This document shows, in pieces, positions 9,683 through 17,534 of a stretch of 64,000 bases of DNA. The DNA lies in the NCBI GenBank assembly GCA_007695305.1, contig REEA01000064.1:6-64005 (forward strand). The letters are read 5' to 3'. The notes under the pieces are model-generated. The model saw only the letters and a list, made by a program, of their open reading frames with translations. It was not told where the DNA came from and did no database searches. Positions within the stretch are counted from its first letter, which is position 1; the number at the start of each line of letters is the position of its first letter. The position numbers were made by a program, and so were the translations under genes. The stretch is from Bacteroidia bacterium. GTDB taxonomy: Bacteria > Bacteroidota > Bacteroidia > Bacteroidales > UBA7960.

Positions 9683-10572
9683 TTCACCATAAAATACAAC
9701 TCCAGCACCACCTGGTGGTTGGCATTAAAAAAGTTTCGGTCGTGATTTCCGCTAATCCGGTAATAATCCCAATAGTATCCGATTCTGAACCAGTTGGGGT
9801 TATACTGACCGCCAAACGATTCTTTAATATAGATACCGCTTGAGAGATGTGAAAAATTTGCCGGATGCAAAATGCGGTATTCCAGATCGGCATAGGCAGA
9901 GCCCCCGTCAGTCGCAAGCATGAAGCTGGTAGCATATTCCGGTAAACGGACCCCATATCCCAAAAGGGCAAATGAAAGGGAGAAATCAAAATGCCAGTCG
10001 CGGTTTAAAAAATAAGGCTGATATGTAACTTGCCCCATCGGTTGTATTTCTGCGATCAAATCTGCAAAAAGAAAAGAATTGCTGAGCGAAGGGGCCATTC
10101 TGATATTGGTCAGCACATCGGCCCGGCCACCCAGATGAAAAACGAATACGCTCCTGGTATTGACCCTGCGCAACTGCTGATAGCTCATCCCAAAGAATGG
10201 ATTATAAACAAGGGTGCCTTCGTGTGCAGGCCGGGCATAATGAATGCCACCCCTGGCAAACACAATTTCCGATATACCCCTGCGGCTCTCCACATATCGG
10301 CTGAATGACAACACACCCCCCGGACCGCTATAGTGCAGGTTAGACATATGCTGATCCAACAACCGGCCAAATGAAAAACCCTGCCCGATTTTGAGAAACA
10401 CCATCCTGTCAGGCAGATCGGAAAGGTAGGAAGCCCTCAGCATGCCACCATCGCGGCTGTAAAAACCCTGGAATCCGGAAAGTTCATCACCGGTATCCTC
10501 AGGAATCCCGGATACAGGAATTGACCATCCCAAAAAAAAGAATAATAACAGAATACATTGCTTTTTTTTCAT
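9679..10572 (-). CDS. putative outer-membrane beta-barrel protein (DUF3316-like)
   Basis: Signal peptide, 'DQHMSNLHYSG' motif, aromatic beta-strand pattern, position upstream of an S41 peptidase as commonly seen in Bacteroidota. Confidence 0.55.
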   Translation of the reverse strand: MKKKQCILLLFFFLGWSIPVSGIPEDTGDELSGFQGFYSRDGGMLRASYLSDLPDRMVFLKIGQGFSFGRLLDQHMSNLHYSGPGGVLSFSRYVESRRGISEIVFARGGIHYARPAHEGTLVYNPFFGMSYQQLRRVNTRSVFVFHLGGRADVLTNIRMAPSLSNSFLFADLIAEIQPMGQVTYQPYFLNRDWHFDFSLSFALLGYGVRLPEYATSFMLATDGGSAYADLEYRILHPANFSHLSSGIYIKESFGGQYNPNWFRIGYYWDYYRISGNHDRNFFNANHQVVLELYFMVN

Positions 10573-10820
10573 AACTCCTTTGTATTAAAAACCGGCCATA
10601 ACTGCTTTGATATTCAACCACGATGACCGCTGATACCAATGGCAGGTATTCCCTTATCTTTTATCCGAAAACAATACACATCACTAATTGAAACGACCGC
10701 CTTTTATGTGGAGAAAGGACATACAACGGTGCGCGTCTTCTGAAACAAAAGTAAAAAAAAGATGTTACATTGTTGTTGGCGGCATTGTTCTGGTAAGCGA
10801 TATCACTACATTTTTTCGTT

Positions 10821-10828
10821 TACCTTTG
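10821..10828 (+). promoter_or_regulatory. sigma-A -7 element (TACCTTTG) for rlmN
   Basis: TAnnTTTG match 56 nt before the ATG. Confidence 0.55.
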
Positions 10829-10884
10829 TCTTGCCCGTAAAATGCTGAATAGCAACCGGCCAAATCTGAACAAAAACCTTTCAA

Positions 10885-11925
10885 ATGACAAACCCACCGG
10901 TAAAAGAAAGATTGTTGGGAAAATCCCTTGACCAGCTTAATGATTTTGTTAAAAAACGGGGATGGCCTCTATTTACTGCCAGGCAAATTGCTAACTGGCT
11001 TTACAAACACAGGGTGCAAACCATCGATGAGATGACCAACCTGTCAAAAGCTGTCAGGGCCGAATTGATGCAGATCGCTGAACCAGGGTTCACGCTGCCT
11101 TCAGAAGTTAAGGAATCGGTTGACGGTACGAAAAAATATCTTTTCCGGGCAGGTGAGGGTCAATTTATTGAAACAGTGTACATCCCCGAAGGCGACAGGC
11201 ATACTTTGTGTGTTTCCACCCAGATAGGTTGCCGCATGGGCTGCAGGTTTTGCATGACAGCGCGACAGGGATTAAAAGGTCAATTAACCGCGGGAGAGAT
11301 CCTGAACCAGATAAGCAGTATCCCCGAGCATCATTTACTTACAAATATTGTGTATATGGGCATGGGTGAACCGCTTGACAACCTGCAGGAGGTGCTCGAC
11401 AGTCTGGATATCATCACCGCGGATTATGGTTTTGCCATGAGCCCCAGGCGAATCACCATATCTACCATCGGAATATTGCCGGCCATGGAAACCTTCCTGG
11501 AAAAAAGCAACTGCCACCTGGCGTTAAGTTTGCATTCTCCTTTTGATGAAGAAAGAAAACGGCTGGTGCCGGCACAGCATAACACTCCCCTGGAAAGCAT
11601 CCTGGAAGTTTTACGCAGGTCACCGCTTGACAAGCAACGGCGTGTTTCATTTGAATACATTGTATTTAAAGATCTGAATCATAGCATGCAGCACGTAAAA
11701 GCACTGGCACGCCGGCTTCAGGGCATTCGCTGCCGTATCAACCTGATAAGGTTCCATCCAATTCCCGGAAGCCACCTCGAAGCACCGGATGATCAGCAAT
11801 TGACAGCCTTCAAAGAAGCATTGGAAAGCAAAGGGCTGACCACTACCATCCGACGTTCCCGCGGACAGGATATCGATGCCGCCTGTGGCCTGCTTTCCAC
11901 CAGTAAACAAAACAGAAAGGCATAA
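10885..11925 (+). CDS. rlmN: 23S rRNA m2A2503/tRNA m2A37 radical SAM methyltransferase
   Basis: 'CRMGCRFC' CxxxCxxC, 'MGMGEPL', 'RGQDIDAACG'. Confidence 0.95.
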   Translation: MTNPPVKERLLGKSLDQLNDFVKKRGWPLFTARQIANWLYKHRVQTIDEMTNLSKAVRAELMQIAEPGFTLPSEVKESVDGTKKYLFRAGEGQFIETVYIPEGDRHTLCVSTQIGCRMGCRFCMTARQGLKGQLTAGEILNQISSIPEHHLLTNIVYMGMGEPLDNLQEVLDSLDIITADYGFAMSPRRITISTIGILPAMETFLEKSNCHLALSLHSPFDEERKRLVPAQHNTPLESILEVLRRSPLDKQRRVSFEYIVFKDLNHSMQHVKALARRLQGIRCRINLIRFHPIPGSHLEAPDDQQLTAFKEALESKGLTTTIRRSRGQDIDAACGLLSTSKQNRKA

Positions 11926-11976
11926 AATGCGTTAGTTTATTGTAACCGAATGAAAAACTGATAAGCAATATAGTAT

Positions 11977-13500
11977 ATGGCCGTACTGGGAAATATTATC
12001 AAAGCAGCCCTGGAGATTACCGACATGGTTTTACCCGATAACGATCATATCGAATCGCAGGCAAATATATTGAAAGACCTGCTGGAAAAAGCCGGCGACA
12101 CCGGTTTTGGCCGTCACTATCACTTCAAAGAGATTGCTGCTGCTGATAATCCTGCTGAAGCTTTCGCAGAATCAATCCCCTATCATGATTATGATGCCAT
12201 GTTCTCCCAATGGTGGGAAAGGCAAATGCTGGAAGGATTACCGGATTTGAGCTGGCCGGGGAAAGTGGAATACTACGCCCTGAGCGCGGGGACGACCGGA
12301 AAAGAGAGCAAACGGATTCCTGTGACCGAAGAGATGCTTGATGCGATAAGGAAGACCAGCTTGTTGCAGATATTGGCCACCACAAATTTTGATCTTCCTG
12401 CTGATTTTTTTGAAAAGGAAATCATGATGCTGGGCAGCAGTACGAAATTAACCAAGGCAGACAAACACATGGAGGGAGAAATTAGCGGGATAGCCGCCGG
12501 CAATATTCCCTCGTGGTTCGAAAGGTTTTACCGCCCCGGCAAGCAGATTGCAAATATTTCCAACTGGGACGACCGGGTTCTTGCCATCGCCCGGGAAGCA
12601 AAAAACTGGGACATTGGAGCAATGGCAGGTATTCCCTCATGGAATGAACTGATGCTTAAAAAAGTGATTGAATACAACCAGGCTGCGAATATCCATGAAA
12701 TATGGCCCAACCTGCGCGTATTTGCCAGTGGCGGGGTAGCATTCGATCCTTACCGCAAATCATTTGAGCAGCTCATGGGGAAACCTGTCACCTTCCTGGA
12801 TACCTACCTCGCTTCTGAAGGTTTCCTGGCTTTTCAGGCCCGACCCAGTGAAAAAATGGCCATGCAACTATCTACCAATAGCGGAATATATTTCGAATTT
12901 GTCCCCTTCACCGCCGATAGCATAGATGAAAATGGCAGCGTCGTTGCCGGTGCAACGTCTATTCCCTTCTCCCAGGTTGAAAATGACCGTGATTATGTGC
13001 TGATTATTTCGACAGTCGCAGGAACCTGGCGATATATGATCGGTGACACCATTCGCTTTACAGACAAAGACAGGGCCGAGATCATCATCACCGGTCGCAC
13101 CAAACACTTTCTCAATGTGGTAGGATCGCAACTCTCCGTGATACAAATGAACAAGGCCATGAAACAACTGGAAGAAAGCTTTCAACTGCAAATTCCGGAA
13201 TTTACCGTGGCCGCTGTTCGGGAAGGCGACGATTACGTGCACCAATGGATTATCGGAGCCGAAGGTACAACCGATGCCGAAAAAGTAAAAACTGTCCTGG
13301 ATACTTTTCTCAAAGAAATGAACAAAGCCTATAAAATGGCCAGGAGTAAAGCACTGAAAGATATCAGGATCACAATTACAACACCCGCTGCATTTCATAA
13401 CTGGATTGAAGAAAACAAATCAAAAGGCGGCCAGGTAAAGGTGCCCAGGGTGATGAAAGAACAAGAGTTCAAAAAGTTTAAGGCTTTTCTCGATAACTAG
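11977..13500 (+). CDS. GH3 family (acyl-acid amido synthetase-like) protein
   Basis: 'ALSAGTTG..SKRIPV', 'YLASEGF', 'WRYMIGDT', 'GGQVKVPR'. Confidence 0.85.
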   Translation: MAVLGNIIKAALEITDMVLPDNDHIESQANILKDLLEKAGDTGFGRHYHFKEIAAADNPAEAFAESIPYHDYDAMFSQWWERQMLEGLPDLSWPGKVEYYALSAGTTGKESKRIPVTEEMLDAIRKTSLLQILATTNFDLPADFFEKEIMMLGSSTKLTKADKHMEGEISGIAAGNIPSWFERFYRPGKQIANISNWDDRVLAIAREAKNWDIGAMAGIPSWNELMLKKVIEYNQAANIHEIWPNLRVFASGGVAFDPYRKSFEQLMGKPVTFLDTYLASEGFLAFQARPSEKMAMQLSTNSGIYFEFVPFTADSIDENGSVVAGATSIPFSQVENDRDYVLIISTVAGTWRYMIGDTIRFTDKDRAEIIITGRTKHFLNVVGSQLSVIQMNKAMKQLEESFQLQIPEFTVAAVREGDDYVHQWIIGAEGTTDAEKVKTVLDTFLKEMNKAYKMARSKALKDIRITITTPAAFHNWIEENKSKGGQVKVPRVMKEQEFKKFKAFLDN

Positions 13501-13552
13501 CTGACTGCCTGCATTTTCAACACGCAAATCATTCCGTCTTTTATTTTTTCAG

Positions 13553-13638
13553 ATTTTACCACTTAGGTAAAATATTCTACCATTGGCATTTTTTTACTCT
13601 TTTTTATTTGTTTTTTTCTTTTTATCGTTTTAATTTTG
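13553..13638 (+). promoter_or_regulatory. sigma-A promoter (-33 TTTG 13607-13610; -7 TAATTTTG 13631-13638) with an upstream 9-12-9 direct repeat
   Basis: 20-nt spacing between TTTG and TAnnTTTG; ATTTTACCA (13553-61) and ATTCTACCA (13574-82) separated by 12 nt. Confidence 0.6.
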
Positions 13639-13655
13639 AGATATAAAAAATTATT

Positions 13656-14021
13656 ATGATGGACGAAAAGAATGAAAGGCCCATTGGCCTGATGAGAACC
13701 GGATTATGGGTTCGGGACAAGAAAAAGATACAGCTGGTAGAATTTGAATTGCTGACACACATCATTCACGGCGATGGGGTTTCAAAAATATATTCAACCA
13801 GGGAAGTGATCAAAAAGCTGCGCATTCCCTTATCAGAACTGGAAAAGATGCTGCCTCAGGAACAATTTATCCGCACCCACAGAAATTACCTGATCAATGG
13901 CAAATGGATAGATTTTTATGATGCACAGGAGGCATTGACATACATCGCAGGCGGTATAGCAGTGCCGGTTTCCCGTCGTAAAAAGAAAAAGCTGGAATGG
14001 TTCCTGGCAAACAGAACTTGA
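13656..14021 (+). CDS. stand-alone LytTR DNA-binding domain protein
   Basis: 'FIRTHRNYLIN' and 'VPVSRR' LytTR motifs; 121 aa, no receiver domain. Confidence 0.85.
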   Translation: MMDEKNERPIGLMRTGLWVRDKKKIQLVEFELLTHIIHGDGVSKIYSTREVIKKLRIPLSELEKMLPQEQFIRTHRNYLINGKWIDFYDAQEALTYIAGGIAVPVSRRKKKKLEWFLANRT

Positions 14022-14059
14022 GAGCGGAAGCGAGGACTTTTACACTTTTCAACATAATC

Positions 14060-14203
14060 AGAATCTGTCAATAAATCAAGTGTCGGATCTGTAATGTCGG
14101 GGTTCAAGGCTTGCGCAGTTTTGAAAATCAAACAGTATACTAATGTAAATGACTGTTTTCAAAACAAGCATAACGCAGAAATCGGGCATTATAGACAGAC
14201 ACG
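14060..14203 (+). mobile_element. MITE-like element, copy A
   Basis: ~86% identical by hand alignment to the reverse complement of 23704-23848; imperfect TIRs TCTGTCAATAA/TTATAGACAGA; flanks AATC/AATA. Confidence 0.75.
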
Positions 14204-14221
14204 AATAAAAACACATAAAAC

Positions 14222-14542
14222 ATGGAAAACAGGTTAGTTATAGAAAAGGTGGTTGCACAGAGATGCAGCATCGATTACGTATTCGTGTTTAAGGGTTACA
14301 CCATCGTCGTTTTCACAAGCGGCGCTAATGAGGTGATCGATTATCCGTTGGGAGCCCTGGAGGAATTGTTGAGAGATCAGCCTTTTTTCAGAATCCACCG
14401 TTCATTCCTGGTCAACCTAAAGCGACTTAAAGAATTAGAGATCAGGAATAACAAGTTACTGGTAAAAATTCGCGGTCACGAGTTGCCTGTTTCGCGGCGA
14501 AAGAAAAGGCAATTGCTGGACATCCTTGGCGCCGTGAATTAA
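14222..14542 (+). CDS. stand-alone LytTR DNA-binding domain protein
   Basis: 'FFRIHRSFLVN' and 'LPVSRR'; 106 aa, no receiver domain. Confidence 0.85.
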   Translation: MENRLVIEKVVAQRCSIDYVFVFKGYTIVVFTSGANEVIDYPLGALEELLRDQPFFRIHRSFLVNLKRLKELEIRNNKLLVKIRGHELPVSRRKKRQLLDILGAVN

Positions 14543-14769
14543 CAATCCCGGGTTTGAATTGGTATATTTTGTGAATGACCATAAACCTTGCAGGTTTTGG
14601 CCATGGTTTTATGAACCGTTGCAGAACCGGTTCACGACCAAATAACGTTCACTCCGGGTTTTTACTGAACCAACGTTACGGCTGTTTCAGGATGGCACTG
14701 ATATTCAACGGGATGCCTGTTTCATCCGGCGTCCTTTGGTGCAGTATTCCGTAAATAGTCATGCAGTGG

Positions 14770-16383
14770 TTAATCGTACGGAGGATATGACAATATGATC
14801 CGCCATTCAGCTGAATGTAAGCTAAAGGTATCCCAGATGGCCATTTTGACCATGCGACTTTGTGTTTGCGGGTCAATAAAAATAAAATCTCCCTGGCCCG
14901 ATTTGTTGTCTGAAATCTTATCTCCCAGCTCCAGCAAGGTCTGTTGCTCTTCATATCTGTAATCCAGGAACAACATCCTTCCTGTGCCATCCTGGGCTTT
15001 ATCAAAAATGATCCTGCCTTCGGGTTCCATGATCCAGGGATCATAAATGGTTTCTGCGATATATGGGGTAACAAGCTCTTCGATCATCACATCAGGCCTG
15101 ATCTGTAACTTGACAGCACCCTGAAAATTTCCCTGGCTATCGATAATAGGATGCGTGAGATTAACCGCGTCAAAATCATCCACCGAGAGATACGAACTGC
15201 TCAAAACGGGGGCATTGGTTTTCTGTATCATGAAAAAACTCTCCTGATCAACCATATAAGTACCTTCATATCCAACATACTCGGAGGGCTCAACGTGCGT
15301 CATCATGCCTTGCCTGTTGATCAACGCCAGTTTAACGACAAACGGGTTTTCCCGGTATAGTTGTCTGAATGCGTTTCTGACGACATGTTCCGCAGGGAGT
15401 GATCCGCCAAAGGAAAGCACAACATTTTGAAGGCTCCTGTCCATTTCCTGTATTTGTTGCCTGACGGTAATGGTGATCCTGTCCAGGATATCATAAGCCT
15501 GCGGCATGTAAATATCTTCAACCGGCTCCCCGATTTTACCGAAAATCAAACGCCAGTTGTTGAACCCCAGGGAAGTGAACAGGATGTGTGTGTTTCTGCC
15601 CGCGAACACATAGGAAGTATAGCCCTCCCTTGCAGCCAGGATATCTTCGATGGCAAGACGCAATGAAGGACTGCCCTGTTCGGCAGGATTCATAAACACG
15701 TAATCACTCCTGGGGTGAAGCACAGTACTCGCGTTCTCGTCAATGACATACCACAGGAAGCCCTCCGGCAGTGCCAAAGATTCGGAGATCTGTTGTTGAA
15801 AATCATCCAGAAAAATCGAAAGTGCAACAGCACCTGTTACTTCACCATCTTCTATAACAGGTACGGCCATCAGCACCGATTGCTTCCCGGTAGAACGGCT
15901 GTATATGAGTGAACCGTGTATTTCCTTTCCGTTAAACAAATCCTCAAAATAATCCCTGTCAGAAAGATTCAGTCCGGTATATCCCCGTTCAACGCTATAA
16001 TAGTTTCCGTCGGATTCAATATAAAGCGCAGCTCCGGGAATGGCCTGGCAAAGGGTTACCATGGCAGGTCTGATTTCAGGCCAAATACCACTTCTTGTGG
16101 TTGGTGCAGCAGCAATCAGTCGCAATGAAGTAAGCGCATGTTGCAGGTATTGCTCAATGAGAGATGCCGTAACACCCATGGCCGAATGGGCATCCAGATA
16201 AAAACCACCTGGTGTCTGATCTCCAAGGTTTGCAGGCAGCTCACGGTGATGATCCAACACGGGTTCGACATGACCCACAGAATAAGCGGGTGTCAAAAAA
16301 AAGCCCATTAAGATTGCTAACAGCAAAGAACACCAAAAAGCACTGGCTTTGGTGTGCATTGAATTGTGCAGTTTAGATTTCAT
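14770..16383 (-). CDS. exported tandem Cache (dCache-like) domain protein without an output domain
   Basis: N-terminal signal/TM; 'NLSDRDYF', 'SRSTGKQSVLMAVPV', 'VIDEN...LHP', second Cache-like module ending 'WRIILS'; no second TM, HAMP or kinase. Confidence 0.7.
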   Translation of the reverse strand: MKSKLHNSMHTKASAFWCSLLLAILMGFFLTPAYSVGHVEPVLDHHRELPANLGDQTPGGFYLDAHSAMGVTASLIEQYLQHALTSLRLIAAAPTTRSGIWPEIRPAMVTLCQAIPGAALYIESDGNYYSVERGYTGLNLSDRDYFEDLFNGKEIHGSLIYSRSTGKQSVLMAVPVIEDGEVTGAVALSIFLDDFQQQISESLALPEGFLWYVIDENASTVLHPRSDYVFMNPAEQGSPSLRLAIEDILAAREGYTSYVFAGRNTHILFTSLGFNNWRLIFGKIGEPVEDIYMPQAYDILDRITITVRQQIQEMDRSLQNVVLSFGGSLPAEHVVRNAFRQLYRENPFVVKLALINRQGMMTHVEPSEYVGYEGTYMVDQESFFMIQKTNAPVLSSSYLSVDDFDAVNLTHPIIDSQGNFQGAVKLQIRPDVMIEELVTPYIAETIYDPWIMEPEGRIIFDKAQDGTGRMLFLDYRYEEQQTLLELGDKISDNKSGQGDFIFIDPQTQSRMVKMAIWDTFSLHSAEWRIILSYPPYD

Positions 16384-16693
16384 TTTTCACCCTCCTGTTG
16401 TTGTATAAGATTGGTTGTTGACTTATCATATCGCATTTCAATTGCAATATATTCAATTATTTGGAATTCTGCAAACACATCTTGCCGAAATCGATTCATC
16501 CGCCGTCGGGCGGGAAAAAGCCTGATAATACAGGGGTAGTAAAAACTTTTCACCCGAAACAATCGTTAATTACATGTTATCCATTGACAGGATGTTCATA
16601 ACTGCTGCCTGAAAAGTCATTTGTTTTGGCTATTTTTAGGATGTGGATTGCGAAATAAAAATGGCCAAAAGGCGTAATTTGAATGTGAAAAAA

Positions 16694-17473
16694 ATGATGG
16701 TCCGGAAAAAAATATATTTTTTGCTGCTCATTATTTTGCCGGGACTAATAATGCTCTCCTGCAGAACCTGGTTTTTTCCGAGGCCCGATACCGGCCTTGC
16801 CAGTATGGTGCGGGCTGCCGACCCGGGCTTGTCGCACAATGAATATGTTTTTCGTTTGCTGGCAGACGGATGGCCCGTTGATACGCTCAATACCGCTGCC
16901 AATGCAGATTATCTGGCTGACCAGGAAAAAAGCCTCATCCTTGCACATAATATGGTGCGTTACAACCCCAGAAAGTTTGCCCGACTCTATGTAAATGAAT
17001 ACATTAGCTATTTCATAGATAGAGAGTTTCATTATCCCGGGCTGGAAGCCATCCTGATTACTGAAGAGGGCGCATATGCCGCCCGGGAGTTGTATGTCGA
17101 GCTGATGCAAACAAGACCCATGGGCCTGCTATACCCTGCAGAAGGTCTCTCCGGTGCCGCCGATTCACATTTACAGTACCTTATAGAAAGAAGGGCAAGA
17201 GGTCATGCAGGGCAGGGTGGCCTGCGTGCGCGCATTGAACGCTTTGGTACCTGGCAAAACCGGCTCGCCGAAAACATTGCCTATGGCAGTTTTTCACCCC
17301 ATGACGCGCTGCTTTATTTGTTGATCAATGACCAGGTAAGCGCACGAAGCCACCGAAGAATCATTCTTGACCCTGATTTCCATTATGTTGGAGTTGCACG
17401 TGGCACACACCCTGCATTCCCCACCGGAGACACCTATGTACTTAACTATGCATATTTTTTTCAGGATATGTAG
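16694..17473 (+). CDS. CAP (SCP/PR-1) domain lipoprotein
   Basis: 'LSC' lipobox; 'AENIAYG', 'SHRRIIL', 'VGVA'; start uncertain (ORF opens at 16643). Confidence 0.75.
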   Translation: MMVRKKIYFLLLIILPGLIMLSCRTWFFPRPDTGLASMVRAADPGLSHNEYVFRLLADGWPVDTLNTAANADYLADQEKSLILAHNMVRYNPRKFARLYVNEYISYFIDREFHYPGLEAILITEEGAYAARELYVELMQTRPMGLLYPAEGLSGAADSHLQYLIERRARGHAGQGGLRARIERFGTWQNRLAENIAYGSFSPHDALLYLLINDQVSARSHRRIILDPDFHYVGVARGTHPAFPTGDTYVLNYAYFFQDM

Positions 17474-17505
17474 TAAAATTCCTTATCCATGAATCCAATC
17501 ATCAC

Positions 17506-17513
17506 TATATTTG
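17506..17513 (+). promoter_or_regulatory. sigma-A -7 element (TATATTTG) for pullulanase
   Basis: TAnnTTTG 21 nt before the ATG. Confidence 0.6.
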
Positions 17514-17534
17514 CCCTTGTAAAAAACAAAAGCC

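Noticed and set aside
14570-14690. GTTCAC/CGTT repeats downstream of LytTR2 as LytTR sites
   Set aside because: Spacing is 17 bp, not 21-22, and they lie between convergent 3' ends
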